Shown piece by piece: positions 1-10,108 of a stretch of DNA of 64,000 nucleotides. This stretch comes from Candidatus Eiseniibacteriota bacterium (GTDB lineage: Bacteria; Eisenbacteria; RBG-16-71-46), in contig JANMQY010000058.1 of NCBI GenBank assembly GCA_031370785.1, positions 91,213 to 155,212 of the forward strand, in the 5' to 3' direction. The number at the start of each line of letters is the position of its first letter. Positions within the stretch are counted from its first letter, which is position 1. Both the position numbers and the translations under genes were made by a program. The notes under the pieces were generated by a model that did not search any database, had not been told where the DNA came from, and saw nothing but the letters and a program-made list of their open reading frames with translations.

Positions 1-306
1 GCGGTTTCGTGCGCGGTCGAGAGCACCGGCGTGCTCGGCGTGTTGCGCTTCACCATCGCGCCCCATCCCCGGCTGGTGCTGACCGGCGTGCCGCTCACCG
101 ACACGGTGCGGATCGGGCAGCGCGTCATCACTTCGGGGCTCTCGCGCCGCTACCCGCGCGGGCTTCCGGTCGGCTCGGTGATCCGGCTCGGCCGCGACCC
201 GAGCGGTCTGGTTCAGGACATCGAGGTCGAGCCGGCCGCGCGCCTTTCGCGCCTCCGGCACGCGTTCGTGCTGCCGCGCCCGGCCACCGCGGAGCTGCGC
301 CCATGA
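1..306 (+). CDS. mreC: Rod shape-determining protein MreC, C-terminal part (5'-truncated by window edge)
   Basis: Frame open from base 1. MreC-like C-terminus (GQRVITSGLSRRYPRGLPVGSV...IEVEPAA). Directly upstream of mreD and mrdA. Confidence 0.9.
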   Translation, partial: AVSCAVESTGVLGVLRFTIAPHPRLVLTGVPLTDTVRIGQRVITSGLSRRYPRGLPVGSVIRLGRDPSGLVQDIEVEPAARLSRLRHAFVLPRPATAELRP

Positions 307-815
307 AGAACGTCCTGGTGCTGATCACCGTGGCGATGATCGCGCTGCTGCTGCGCTCGACCGCGCTCACCGCGCTGACCGCGCGCGGACTGGTGCTCGA
401 CGTGCTCGCCTTTGCGACCGTGGTCTGGGCGCTGCGCTCCGGGGAAACCTGGGGCAGCGGTTTCGGTTTCCTGGTGGGGCTGGCTGCGGACCTCGATGCT
501 GCGCACTGGCTGGGCCGGCATGCGCTGATCCTGACGCTCACCGGCTACGCGGTAGGAAGGCTCGGCCGGACGCTGGTCCGTGACAGCGCACGCACCCAGT
601 TCGTGCTGCTGCTCCTCGCGACGCTCGTGCACCAGGGCTGGGCGGTCGCGTTCGAGTTCGGAGGCATCCAGGGCTGGCCCTACCTGCTCATGCGCGTCGT
701 GGTCGCCGCGGTCGCCAGCGCGACGCTCGGCACGCTGCTCCTCTCGCTGGCGCGCCTCGTCAGCGGTCAACCCCTGTTCGGACATGCTGTCCTCGAATCA
801 AGTTCGTCGAGCTAG
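303..815 (+). CDS. mreD: Rod shape-determining protein MreD
   Basis: ATGA overlap with mreC stop. Hydrophobic ~170 aa with GFLVGLAADL...LGRHAL motif. Canonical position in the operon. Confidence 0.85.
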   Translation: MKNVLVLITVAMIALLLRSTALTALTARGLVLDVLAFATVVWALRSGETWGSGFGFLVGLAADLDAAHWLGRHALILTLTGYAVGRLGRTLVRDSARTQFVLLLLATLVHQGWAVAFEFGGIQGWPYLLMRVVVAAVASATLGTLLLSLARLVSGQPLFGHAVLESSSSS

Positions 816-2640
816 GGAAGCGCGTTACGCGCTGCTCACCGGGATGGTCATGCTCGGATTCGGGCTCGTGGTCGCGGGACTGCTTCGCCTCCAGGTGTTC
901 CAGCACGATCAGTACGTGGAGCTCTCCAAGGAGAACCGGGTCCGGCTCGAGGTGCTGCGCGCTCCGCGCGGCGCGATCTACGATCGAAGGGGAGAGCTGC
1001 TCGCGGACAGCGCGCCGAGCTTCAACGTCGTGTTCCGTCCTTTCCCGAGCGAGAGCGTCGCGTCGGCGCGCCTCACCGAGAGCCCGGGCTGGATCGCGCG
1101 GGTCGCCGAGATGGTCGAGCTCGACAGCGCCGAAGTGCGGGCCCGGGTGAAGGTGGCCAACGGCAGCGGTCAGAACGCATCGCTGCGCCGCAATGCGCCG
1201 CCGCCGGTGGTCGCGGCGGTGGAGGAGTGGCGCGCCGAGCTGCCCGGAATCGAAGTGCAGATCGAGCCGCTCCGCCACTACCCGAACGGGACCTTCGCGT
1301 CGCACCTGCTGGGCTACGCCGGCGAGATCAACACCGCCGAGCTGGATTCCTTGCAGCTTCAGGGCTATCGACCCGGGGACCTGATCGGGCGCACCGGAAT
1401 CGAGCGGCGCTACGAAGAGTCCTTGCGCGGGCGCGACGGCGCCGAGTACGTCGTGGTCAACGCGATGGGCAAGCGGGTGACGACGCTGAGCGAGGGCCCT
1501 CCGCTCAGGCCGGAAGCCGGTCACAACCTGCGCCTCACGCTCGACCTCAAGGTGCAGCGCGCGCTGGAAGAGGCGATGGCCGGCGTGGAGCGGGGCGGCG
1601 CGGTCGCGATCGACCCACGCGACGGCGGCGTTCTCGGCATGGTGAGCCGCCCGGCGTTCGATCCGAACGAGTTCTCGGCCGGTCTTTCGGTGGCGCGCTG
1701 GAAGCAGCTCTCGGGCGGCGATCTGAATCCGCTGCTCAACCGCGCGCTGCAGGGCGTCTATCCGCCGGGTTCGACGTTCAAGATCGTCTCGATGCTGGCC
1801 GCGCTGCGCTACGGAGTCGCCAGCGCCCGCACCACCCTGGCCCCGTGCACCGGCCACTGGATCTTCGGCGACCGCTCGTTCGGATGCTGGAAGGCAGCCG
1901 GGCACGGCGTGCTCGACTTCATCGGCGCCCTGCAGCATTCGTGCGACGTGTATTTCTATCAGATCGGGCCGCGCATCGGACTCCCGCATCTGGTGGAGAC
2001 CGCGCGCGCCCTCGGCCTCGGCGAGCGCACCGGCGTGGATCTGCCGCAGGAGAGCCGCGGGCTGATTCCGGACGACGCGTGGTACAACCGGCGCTGGGGC
2101 GAGGGAAGGTGGCGCAAGGGTATGATGCTGAACCTGGCGATCGGGCAGGGCGAGCTGCTGGTCACGCCGCTCCAGCTCGCGCTGATGGCCGCGCAGGTCG
2201 CCGAGAGCGGCCGCCCGATGCGCCCGCACGTGGTCGAGGACGTGGTCGGCGCGCCCGAGTTCAAGGTGGATCGGCCGGTCGAGCCCGGCCTGATCGCGGA
2301 ACCGGCGGTGTGGAGCGCGGTCCAGCAGGCGATGGAGCGGGTGGTGGACTCGGGCACCGGCACCGCGGCCAGGGTCCAGGGGGTACGGGTCGGCGGCAAG
2401 ACCGGCACCTCTCAGAACCCGCACGGAAAGGATCACGCCCTGTTCGTCTGCTACGCGCCGGTCAACGATCCGCAGATCGCGATCGCGGTGGTGATCGAGA
2501 ACATCGGACACGGCGGCACGTTCGCGGCGCCGCCGGCGGCCGCGGTGATCCGCCGCCTGTTCCTGCCCGACTCGCTTCAGCCGAAACACGTGGTCGTCCT
2601 GCCGCTCCCGGACACCTCGGCGGTGCGCGATGCCGACTAG
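784..2640 (+). CDS. mrdA: Penicillin-binding protein 2
   Basis: N-terminal TM anchor, RGAIYDR dimerisation motif, transpeptidase motifs STFK, SCD and KTGT. Start set at ATG 784. Confidence 0.93.
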   Translation: MLSSNQVRRAREARYALLTGMVMLGFGLVVAGLLRLQVFQHDQYVELSKENRVRLEVLRAPRGAIYDRRGELLADSAPSFNVVFRPFPSESVASARLTESPGWIARVAEMVELDSAEVRARVKVANGSGQNASLRRNAPPPVVAAVEEWRAELPGIEVQIEPLRHYPNGTFASHLLGYAGEINTAELDSLQLQGYRPGDLIGRTGIERRYEESLRGRDGAEYVVVNAMGKRVTTLSEGPPLRPEAGHNLRLTLDLKVQRALEEAMAGVERGGAVAIDPRDGGVLGMVSRPAFDPNEFSAGLSVARWKQLSGGDLNPLLNRALQGVYPPGSTFKIVSMLAALRYGVASARTTLAPCTGHWIFGDRSFGCWKAAGHGVLDFIGALQHSCDVYFYQIGPRIGLPHLVETARALGLGERTGVDLPQESRGLIPDDAWYNRRWGEGRWRKGMMLNLAIGQGELLVTPLQLALMAAQVAESGRPMRPHVVEDVVGAPEFKVDRPVEPGLIAEPAVWSAVQQAMERVVDSGTGTAARVQGVRVGGKTGTSQNPHGKDHALFVCYAPVNDPQIAIAVVIENIGHGGTFAAPPAAAVIRRLFLPDSLQPKHVVVLPLPDTSAVRDAD

Positions 2641-3856
2641 GTTCCGGCTGCGCCTGCCCGCCGTCGACGTTCCGCTCGCGCTTGCCGCGATCGCGCTGGT
2701 GACGTTCGGGCTGCTGGTGGTGTACAGCGCCACCTCGGTCCCGGGCGCGCACGAGGGGCTGTGGACCAAGCAGCTGATGTGGGCGCTGATCGCGCTGGCC
2801 GCCGCATGCGTGGCCGCGGCGATCCATCATCGCGCCTACGATTCGCTGGCCTATCCGTTCTACGGCATCTCACTGTTGATGCTGATCGCGGTGCTGGTGG
2901 CGGGATCGAGCGCGATGGGCGCCAGGCGCTGGCTCGACCTGGGTCCGATCCGATTCCAGCCCTCCGAGCTGGCGAAGCTGGCGACCGTGCTCATGCTGGC
3001 GCGCAGATTCGACAATCCCAAGCTCGACCTGACCCGGATGCGCTACTGGCTGCCGGCGCTGCTGCTCACCCTGGTGCCGTTCGCGCTGGTCGCGCGCGAG
3101 CCCGATCTGGGCACCGCGCTCTCGTTCCCGGTGATCCTCGTCACCATGTACTACTGGGCGGGGATGCCGCTGGGACGCCTGCTGCTCGGGCTGTCGCCGG
3201 TGTTCAACGCAGTGCTGTTCTTCGCGACCGGTTCGCTGTGGTGGTTCGCCGGCCTGCTCGCGGTGCTGCTCGCCGGGGTCCGTCCCCGCGTCACCGCGCT
3301 CGTGACCGTGCTCCTGCTCAATGGCGTGGTGGCGTACGCGCTGCCGCACGTTTGGAATCACATGCACGACTATCAGAAGCGGAGAATCGAGACCTTCATG
3401 AATCCCGGCGCCGATCCCTACGGGGCGGGCTATCAGATCATCCAGTCGCAGATCGCGATCGGCTCGGGCGGCGCCGCGGGGAAGGGCTACCTCAAGGGCT
3501 CGCAGAAGGCGCTCTCGTTCCTGCCCATGCGTCACACCGACTTCATCTACTCGGTGGTCGGGGAGGAGCTGGGCTTCATTGGCGCGTTGACGGTGGTGTT
3601 ACTGTACGCGGTCATCATCGTGCGCGGCATCCGGCTGGCGGCGGTGGTCCGCAATGGATTCGCGAGCCTGCTTGCGGTAGGGCTGGTTTCCGCGCTCTTC
3701 TTTCAGATCATGGTCAACATGCTCATGACCATCGGCTGGGCGCCGGTCACCGGTCTGCCCCTGCCGCTTCTGTCCTATGGCGGGACCGCGCTGCTCGTGA
3801 ACGGCATTCAGATCGGCCTGCTCCAGAACGTGGCGCTGCGCCGCAAGGAGCTCTGA
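2630..3856 (+). CDS. rodA: SEDS peptidoglycan glycosyltransferase RodA
   Basis: GARRW, FQPSELAK, EPDLGT, HTDFI, GLPLPLLSYGG motifs. Follows mrdA. Confidence 0.95.
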   Translation: MPTRFRLRLPAVDVPLALAAIALVTFGLLVVYSATSVPGAHEGLWTKQLMWALIALAAACVAAAIHHRAYDSLAYPFYGISLLMLIAVLVAGSSAMGARRWLDLGPIRFQPSELAKLATVLMLARRFDNPKLDLTRMRYWLPALLLTLVPFALVAREPDLGTALSFPVILVTMYYWAGMPLGRLLLGLSPVFNAVLFFATGSLWWFAGLLAVLLAGVRPRVTALVTVLLLNGVVAYALPHVWNHMHDYQKRRIETFMNPGADPYGAGYQIIQSQIAIGSGGAAGKGYLKGSQKALSFLPMRHTDFIYSVVGEELGFIGALTVVLLYAVIIVRGIRLAAVVRNGFASLLAVGLVSALFFQIMVNMLMTIGWAPVTGLPLPLLSYGGTALLVNGIQIGLLQNVALRRKEL

Positions 3857-3861
3857 CCCAG

Positions 3862-4644
3862 GTGCATCCCGAAATCCTTCATTGGGGATTTCTCCATATC
3901 CGCTCGTACGGCCTGATGCTGGCCATCGCGTTCCTCGCCGGCACCTGGCTCGGCCTGAGCGAGGCGCGCCGGCGAGGTCTCGACGAGGACAAGATGGTCA
4001 CCGTGATCCTCGCGGCGCTGGTCGCCTCGATCGTCGGAGCGCGCGCTCTGTATGTGCTCGAGCACATCGGCGAGTTCCGTCGCGAGTGGGGAAGCGTGCT
4101 CGCGCTGTGGCAGGGCGGCCTGACCCTCTACGGCGGGGTGGTGCTCGGCACGGTGGTGGGGCTCTCGACCGCGCGCCAGATCGGGCTCCCGATGTGGAGT
4201 GTCGCCGATGCACTCACTCCCTCGCTCGCGCTCGGAACCATGTTCGGACGGGTCGGGTGCTATCTCAATGGGTGCTGCTATGGCCGGCCGACGCGGACGC
4301 CGTGGGGCGTGGTGTTTCCGGCCGACTCGTTCGCCGGACTCGAGTTCGGCAACGCTCCGATCCATCCTTCGCAGCTCTATTTCGCACTCGCCGGGCTCGC
4401 GCTGTTCCTGATCTGCTGGGCGTTGCGCCGAAGGCTGGGGGTGCCCGGAATGCTGTTCTGGCTGTTCATCGTGCTGTTCGCGCTGGTGCGCATTCCGCTC
4501 GACTTCACCCGAGCGTACGAGGCCGACGCGATGGTGCTGCGCCTCGGGGTGGTGGATCTCACCGAGAGCCAGCTGACCAGCATCGCCCTCGCGCTGTTCG
4601 GCGCGCTCATGATGGTGCGCCTGAAGCGCGAGAGCCGGGCTTGA
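3862..4644 (+). CDS. lgt: Prolipoprotein diacylglyceryl transferase
   Basis: GTG start (VHPEIL...IRSYGL), GARALYV, GGLTLYGG, GRVGCYLNGCCYG, HPSQLY. Confidence 0.93.
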   Translation: MHPEILHWGFLHIRSYGLMLAIAFLAGTWLGLSEARRRGLDEDKMVTVILAALVASIVGARALYVLEHIGEFRREWGSVLALWQGGLTLYGGVVLGTVVGLSTARQIGLPMWSVADALTPSLALGTMFGRVGCYLNGCCYGRPTRTPWGVVFPADSFAGLEFGNAPIHPSQLYFALAGLALFLICWALRRRLGVPGMLFWLFIVLFALVRIPLDFTRAYEADAMVLRLGVVDLTESQLTSIALALFGALMMVRLKRESRA

Positions 4645-4648
4645 TCCG

Positions 4649-5464
4649 GTGGGATCGTTCTGCCGGCTCGGGGTGCTGGGCGATCCGCTCACCTTCACGC
4701 GCTCTCCGGATCTGCACCGCGCCGGGCTCGCGGCCATCGGCTGGAGCGGCGAGTCGGCGGCGCTGCGCACCGGTGTGGATGCGCTGGGCATGAGGCTGGC
4801 CGCGCTGGCCGCGCAGGGCTGGCGCGGGGTCAACCTGACCCACCCCCTCAAGAGTGCGGCGCTCGACCTTCTCGATCGGGTGGCGCCCTCCGCCGCGCTC
4901 GCACGCTCGGTCAACACGGTCGGCTTCGGACCCGACGGATGGTGGGGCGAGAGCACCGACGGCCCGGGCTTCATCGATCTGCTGGCGGCGCTCGACCGCG
5001 ATCCCGCCGTCCAGCGCACCGTCCTTCTCGGCGCGGGTGGCGCTGCGCGCAGCGTCGGCCTCGCGCTCCTCGAGAAGGGCGGCCTCGGGCTGACCGTGAG
5101 CGCGCGCCGGCCCGAGAGCGCGCTCGAGGAATGGCGCGACGTGCCGGGCGCGACGATCGTGGGATGGCGGAGCGCGGAGGAGAAATTGGCGCTCGAGAGT
5201 GCGACGCTGGTGGTGAACGCGACGCCGCTCTCCGGGCGCGACTGGCCGGCGCCGCTCGATGGGCTCTCGCGCGGCACGCTGGTCGTGGATCTGGTCTACG
5301 GCGAGGCGCCCACACCGTGGGTCGAGCAGGCGCGTGCGCGCGGGCTGGATGCGTGTGACGGACTGGGTCTGCTGGTGTTCCAGGCGCGCCGCTCGCTCGC
5401 GCTGTGGACCGGCGCCGAGATCCCGCTGGCTCCGCTGCTGCGCGCGGTCGGCTGGCCGAGATGA
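4649..5464 (+). CDS. aroE: Shikimate dehydrogenase family protein
   Basis: GDPL..TRSP, GVNLTHPLK, SVNT, STDGPGF, GAGGAA, NATP, DLVY, DGLGLLVFQA. Confidence 0.88.
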   Translation: MGSFCRLGVLGDPLTFTRSPDLHRAGLAAIGWSGESAALRTGVDALGMRLAALAAQGWRGVNLTHPLKSAALDLLDRVAPSAALARSVNTVGFGPDGWWGESTDGPGFIDLLAALDRDPAVQRTVLLGAGGAARSVGLALLEKGGLGLTVSARRPESALEEWRDVPGATIVGWRSAEEKLALESATLVVNATPLSGRDWPAPLDGLSRGTLVVDLVYGEAPTPWVEQARARGLDACDGLGLLVFQARRSLALWTGAEIPLAPLLRAVGWPR

Positions 5465-6165
5465 GACCGGCCCACCTGGCCGCTCCGGCGACTGCGGCTC
5501 TCGATGCACTGGTCGCGCTGGCGTTGCCGCATCGCTGCCCCGAGTGCGCGGCGCCGTCGGATCCGGTGCGGGTGCTGTGCGAGGCGTGCTTCGCTTCGAT
5601 TCCGCGCCTCGCGCTTCCGCTGTGCGCGAAGTGCTCGGCGCGCGGGGCGAGTCCGGTCGGATGCGTTCGCCATCCCGGACATCAGGTGTGGCCGGCGTGG
5701 ATCTATGACGAGGCCGTGGCCGCGGTGGTCGCGGCGCTCAAGTACGGCGAGCGTCCGGGCGTGGCCGCCTCTCTCGGCGGCGAGCTGGCGCGCGTGGTGC
5801 CGCGCGCGCGCCGGTGGGACCTGGTGCTGGCGGTGCCGCTCCATCGCGCGCGGCAGCGCGAGCGCGGGTACAATCAGGCCGCCTGCCTCGCGCAGGGGCT
5901 CGCATCCGCGATCGGCGCGCCGTTCTTCGAAGGCGTGCCGCAGCGGCTCCGGGCGACGGCCGCGCAGGCGCGGCTGGACGCGCACGAGCGCCGGCGCAAC
6001 CTGCGAGGGGCGTTCCGGGTGCGGAGCCCGCACCCGCTCGCCGGCAGGCGCGTGCTGCTGGTGGACGACGTGATGACCACCGGGGCGACGCTCGAGGCGT
6101 GTCTCGATACGTTGCACTCGGCCGGGGCGGAAACCGCCGCGGTCACCCTGGCCTGGGCGCAGTAG
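5461..6165 (+). CDS. comF: ComF family double zinc-ribbon phosphoribosyltransferase-like protein
   Basis: CxxC pairs, VPLH..R.RERGYNQ, LVDDVMTTGAT. ATGA overlap with aroE. Confidence 0.9.
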   Translation: MRPAHLAAPATAALDALVALALPHRCPECAAPSDPVRVLCEACFASIPRLALPLCAKCSARGASPVGCVRHPGHQVWPAWIYDEAVAAVVAALKYGERPGVAASLGGELARVVPRARRWDLVLAVPLHRARQRERGYNQAACLAQGLASAIGAPFFEGVPQRLRATAAQARLDAHERRRNLRGAFRVRSPHPLAGRRVLLVDDVMTTGATLEACLDTLHSAGAETAAVTLAWAQ

Positions 6166-6167
6166 CC

Positions 6168-6827
6168 ATGTCGCATCTGCACATTCCGGACGGCGTGCTG
6201 CCGTGGTGGGTGTGGGTGCCCGGGCTCGCGATCGCGCTCGTGCTGCTCGCGCTCGGCGCGCGCCGGGCGCGCGCCGAGTCCCAGTTGAACGTCGCGATCC
6301 GGGGCGCGCTGGGCGGTCTGGTGCTGGCGGCGATGGCGATCGAGCTTCCGCTCGGCCCGGTGGAATACCATCTGTGCCTGGTGGGCCCGGTCGGGGTGCT
6401 GCTCGGGGCGACCGGAGCATTTCAGGTGATGTTCGTGGTGAGCGCGATCCTCGCGTTCGCCGGACACGGAGGATTCACGGTGGTGGGATTGAACGCCCTG
6501 GTTCTGGCCGCGGGCGCCGCGATCGCGCGCCCGCTCTACCGGAGCCTCTCTTCGAAGCTCGCGCCCGGGCCGGCGCTGGCCCTGACTTCGGCCGGAGCGC
6601 AGGCGCTGTCCGGGCTCGCCTGGCTCGCGGTGGTCGCGCTCGCGCTGCGCTTCGGGATGGCGGCATCGCCGGCGCGGGTCGGAATGATCGGCGCGCTCAC
6701 TCTGCCGCTGTGGCTGCTCGGCATCACGGTCGAGGCGGCGGTGGGCTACGGACTGGCGCGCTTCCTCGCCCGGGTGCGGCCCGATCTGCTGCCCGCGCGG
6801 CAGATCGGGCAGGTGGAGGCGGCTTGA
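6168..6827 (+). CDS. cbiM: ECF Co/Ni transporter S component (CbiM/NikM family)
   Basis: N-terminal HIPDG, YHL motif, FAGHGGFTVVGLN. Multiple TM helices. Confidence 0.85.
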   Translation: MSHLHIPDGVLPWWVWVPGLAIALVLLALGARRARAESQLNVAIRGALGGLVLAAMAIELPLGPVEYHLCLVGPVGVLLGATGAFQVMFVVSAILAFAGHGGFTVVGLNALVLAAGAAIARPLYRSLSSKLAPGPALALTSAGAQALSGLAWLAVVALALRFGMAASPARVGMIGALTLPLWLLGITVEAAVGYGLARFLARVRPDLLPARQIGQVEAA

Positions 6828-7543
6828 TCAACGTGCTCTCGCGCATCGATCATCTGGCGAGCGCTGGCGGAACCCCATGGCACCGCGCCAGTGCGCTCTC
6901 GAAGCTCGTGCTCGCGGCCGCGCTGATCGGGCTCGCGGTGGGCGCGCCGTCGTTGAGCCTGCTGGTCGCGCTCTACGCTTTTGCGTGGCTGCTCGCGCTC
7001 ACCAGCCGGCTGCCGGCTCGGTTGATCGTGCTGGCGGCGGGCTACCCGATCGTGTTCTCGGGACTGTTCCTGCTCGGTGCGTGGGATGGCACCTGGCAGA
7101 CTCCGGTGCGCCTTCTGATTCGTCCGCTCACCGCGAGCCTGGTCGCGGTGTGGCTGGTTGGGACCACGCCCTATCCCGATCTGTTCGCCCCGCTCTCGCG
7201 GATTCTGCCGCGCAGCGTGGGGGACGGCCTGTTCCTCACCTATCGCGCCCTGTTCGATCTCATGGCGCGCGCGGATCGCCTGTGGCGCGCGCTCCGCCTG
7301 CGCGGCGGCGCGGCCGGTCCGCCGCGGCGGCGCCTGACGGTTGCCGGTGAAGGACTGGGCACGCTCGTGCTGTACGGGTTCGAGCGCAGCCGCCGGCAGT
7401 ATGCGACCATGCTGCTGCGCGGCCACTCGGGACGCATCTGCGGCTGCCGCCACTATGCGGCGTGGACGAGTGCGGACCTGCTCGTGGCGATGGCCGCGCT
7501 CGGCGTGGGCGTGGCGGCAGCGGTCCTGTGGGGGAGAGCGTGA
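6824..7543 (+). CDS. cbiQ: ECF transporter T component (CbiQ family)
   Basis: TTG start overlapping cbiM stop. Hydrophobic, with LRLRGG and MLLRG conserved-Arg motifs. Confidence 0.82.
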   Translation: MINVLSRIDHLASAGGTPWHRASALSKLVLAAALIGLAVGAPSLSLLVALYAFAWLLALTSRLPARLIVLAAGYPIVFSGLFLLGAWDGTWQTPVRLLIRPLTASLVAVWLVGTTPYPDLFAPLSRILPRSVGDGLFLTYRALFDLMARADRLWRALRLRGGAAGPPRRRLTVAGEGLGTLVLYGFERSRRQYATMLLRGHSGRICGCRHYAAWTSADLLVAMAALGVGVAAAVLWGRA

Positions 7544-8568
7544 ACGACCCGGCGGTGCGCGTCTCGTGCGTGCGCCATACCTATCCCGATCACACCCAGG
7601 TGCATCTGTGTGGTCTCGATTTCGTGGTCGAGGCCGGCACGCGGGTGGTGATTCTCGGGCCCAACGGCTGCGGCAAGACCACCCTTCTGTTCCACGTGCT
7701 CGGACTGCTCGAGCCGCAGGAGGGCGAGGTCAGCGTGTTCGGGGTGAATCCCGCGCGGCACTTCAACCGGATTCGCGAGCGGGTCGGCGTGCTGCTGCAG
7801 AATGCCGACGAGCAGATCATCGCGCCGACGGTGTGGGACGACGTCTCGTTCTCGCCACGCAGCTACGGCTACGCCGAGCCCGATGTGAACCGGCTGGTGC
7901 GCGAGGCGCTCGAGTGCGTGGGGATCGCCCATTTGCGCGACAAGGTGTGTCACCATCTGTCGGGCGGGGAGAAGCGCAAGGTCGCGCTGGCCGGCGCACT
8001 CGTGCTCAAGCCGGAGCTGCTGGTTCTGGACGAGCCGTTCGAGGGGCTGGATCCTGCCTCGCGCACCGACCTGGTCGAGCTGCTCAACCGCCTGCACCGC
8101 GAACAGGGCGTCACGCTGGTGATGGCGACCCACGATGTGAACGTGGTCGCGGCGATGGCCGACATGGTGTACGTGCTGCTGCGCGGCGGCGAGATCGTCG
8201 CCCAGGGAGCCCCGCGCGAGATCTTCCGCGATCCGGGAATGCTCAGGCGCAGCAACATCGAGCCTCCGGTGCTGGCCGAGCTGTTCCAGCGCCTCGAGGA
8301 TGGCGGACTCCCGCTCGGCCGCCCGCAATCGCTGGACGAGGCGGCCCGGCTGCTCGCCACCGCATTCGCCCGGCGCGATCCGCGAGCCTCCGGGCCGGTG
8401 CACGAAGTCGCGGGCGACGATCTGTTCGCGGCGCCCAATCCGACGGCGGCGGCGGAGCCCGGCGCACCGGCCGCTCGTCCGGCCGACGCTCAAGGAACTG
8501 CCGATGCGCCACGGCCCACTGAAGCCGCGACGCCCGCGGCCGCGGCTCCCGGCTCCCGGCGACCGTGA
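7540..8568 (+). CDS. cbiO: ECF transporter ATPase (CbiO family) with Ala/Pro-rich C-terminal tail
   Basis: GPNGCGKTT, LSGGEKRK, LDEPF. GTGA overlap with cbiQ. Confidence 0.88.
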   Translation: MNDPAVRVSCVRHTYPDHTQVHLCGLDFVVEAGTRVVILGPNGCGKTTLLFHVLGLLEPQEGEVSVFGVNPARHFNRIRERVGVLLQNADEQIIAPTVWDDVSFSPRSYGYAEPDVNRLVREALECVGIAHLRDKVCHHLSGGEKRKVALAGALVLKPELLVLDEPFEGLDPASRTDLVELLNRLHREQGVTLVMATHDVNVVAAMADMVYVLLRGGEIVAQGAPREIFRDPGMLRRSNIEPPVLAELFQRLEDGGLPLGRPQSLDEAARLLATAFARRDPRASGPVHEVAGDDLFAAPNPTAAAEPGAPAARPADAQGTADAPRPTEAATPAAAAPGSRRP

Positions 8569-8595
8569 GCGGGTGGTTGCCCGCCCGCGCCGACC

Positions 8596-9948
8596 ATGAC
8601 CGATGACCTGTTCGGCCCGGCGCCCGTCAAGGGCGGCGCGCCCGCACCCGGCGAAGGACCGCTCGCGGACCGCATGCGCCCGCGCACCTTCGAAGAGCTG
8701 GTCGGACAGGACGCGCTGTTCGAGCAGGGTGCGCCGCTCGCGCTGATGCGCGACGGGCGTCACCTGAGCTCGGCCATCCTGTGGGGACCGCCCGGAACCG
8801 GCAAGACCACGCTGGCGAGACTGATCGCGTCCCAGGTCAAGGTTCCGTTCGTCTCCTTCAGCGCCGTGCTATCGGGCGTCCGCGAAGTGCGAGAGACCCT
8901 GCACCGGGCCGCCGCCGAGCGAAAGCGCAGCGGCCGTCCGACCCTGCTGTTCGTGGACGAGATCCATCGATTCAACAAGTCGCAGCAGGATGCGTTCCTC
9001 TCGCACGTCGAATCCGGAGACATCATCCTGATCGGAGCCACCACCGAGAACCCTTCGTTCGAGGTGAACTCCGCGCTGCTCTCACGCGCGCGGGTAGTGG
9101 TGCTGAAGGAACTCGGGCCAAAGGATCTGCGCGTGCTGCTCGATCGTGCCCTCGCCGACCGCGAACGCGGTCTGCCGCGTGCGGTCGAGGCCGATCCGGA
9201 GGCGCTCGATCTGATCGCCCAGGGCGCGGACGGCGATGCGCGCCGCGCGCTGAATGCGCTCGAGATCGCGGCGGCCGCGGGCGGGCGCATCACGCGCGAA
9301 GCCGCCGAGCGGGCGCTGACTCATCGGCACCTGCGCTACGATCGCGTCGGCGAAGAGCACTACAACCTGATCTCGGCGTTGCACAAGTCGCTGCGCGACT
9401 CCGATCCGCACGCCGGGCTGTACTGGCTCGCGCGGATGCTGGCCGCGGGCGAGGATCCGCTGTACGTCGCGCGACGCATGGTGCGCTTCGCGAGTGAGGA
9501 CGTCGGCAACGCCGACCCGCGCGCGCTGACCATCGCGGTTGCCGCGTTTCAGGCGTACCACCAGCTCGGGTCCCCGGAGGGTGAGCTGGCGCTGGCGCAG
9601 TGCTGCGCCTACCTCGCGACCGCGCCCAAGAGCAACGCGGTGTATGAAGGGTTCGGGCGCGCGATCGCCGAGGTGGAATCCAGCGGCAGCCTGCCGCCGC
9701 CGCTCGTGATCCGGAACGCCCCTACCCGCCTGATGAAGGACCTGGGCTACGGTGCGGGCTACCGCTATGCCCATGACCAGCCGGGCGCGATCGCCGATCA
9801 GCAGCATCTGCCCGATGCACTGGCTGGCCGGCGTTTCTACGAGCCCGTCGAGCGCGGCGAAGAGGCGGAAATCGCCCGTCGCATGCGGGAGTGGGAGCGC
9901 CTGATCTCGCCGCCCGGGGACGACCCGAAGGGCGGGGCGACGTCCTAG
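8596..9948 (+). CDS. rarA: Replication-associated recombination protein A (AAA+ ATPase)
   Basis: PLADRMRP, GPPGTGKTT, DEIHRFNK.QQD, TTENPSF, ISALHKS.R.SD, ASEDVGNADP. Confidence 0.95.
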   Translation: MTDDLFGPAPVKGGAPAPGEGPLADRMRPRTFEELVGQDALFEQGAPLALMRDGRHLSSAILWGPPGTGKTTLARLIASQVKVPFVSFSAVLSGVREVRETLHRAAAERKRSGRPTLLFVDEIHRFNKSQQDAFLSHVESGDIILIGATTENPSFEVNSALLSRARVVVLKELGPKDLRVLLDRALADRERGLPRAVEADPEALDLIAQGADGDARRALNALEIAAAAGGRITREAAERALTHRHLRYDRVGEEHYNLISALHKSLRDSDPHAGLYWLARMLAAGEDPLYVARRMVRFASEDVGNADPRALTIAVAAFQAYHQLGSPEGELALAQCCAYLATAPKSNAVYEGFGRAIAEVESSGSLPPPLVIRNAPTRLMKDLGYGAGYRYAHDQPGAIADQQHLPDALAGRRFYEPVERGEEAEIARRMREWERLISPPGDDPKGGATS

Positions 9949-10108
9949 GGATGGCGCCCCGGGGTGCTGTCCCGCCCCGCCCCAGATGTGTTCTTGAGTC
10001 TTCGCATGTGAAATATCTATGCTTCCGCCGTCCGGTTGCCTGAATTGCTCGCAGGGTTGTGCCCTTCACGCTCGCATCCCCCGAAGTCTGCCAGTCAGGG
10101 AAACAAAA

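Noticed and set aside
8566..8595. Selenocysteine readthrough between cbiO and rarA
   Set aside because: No redox-motif context, the hairpin is not SECIS-like in position or size, and both proteins are complete on their own.
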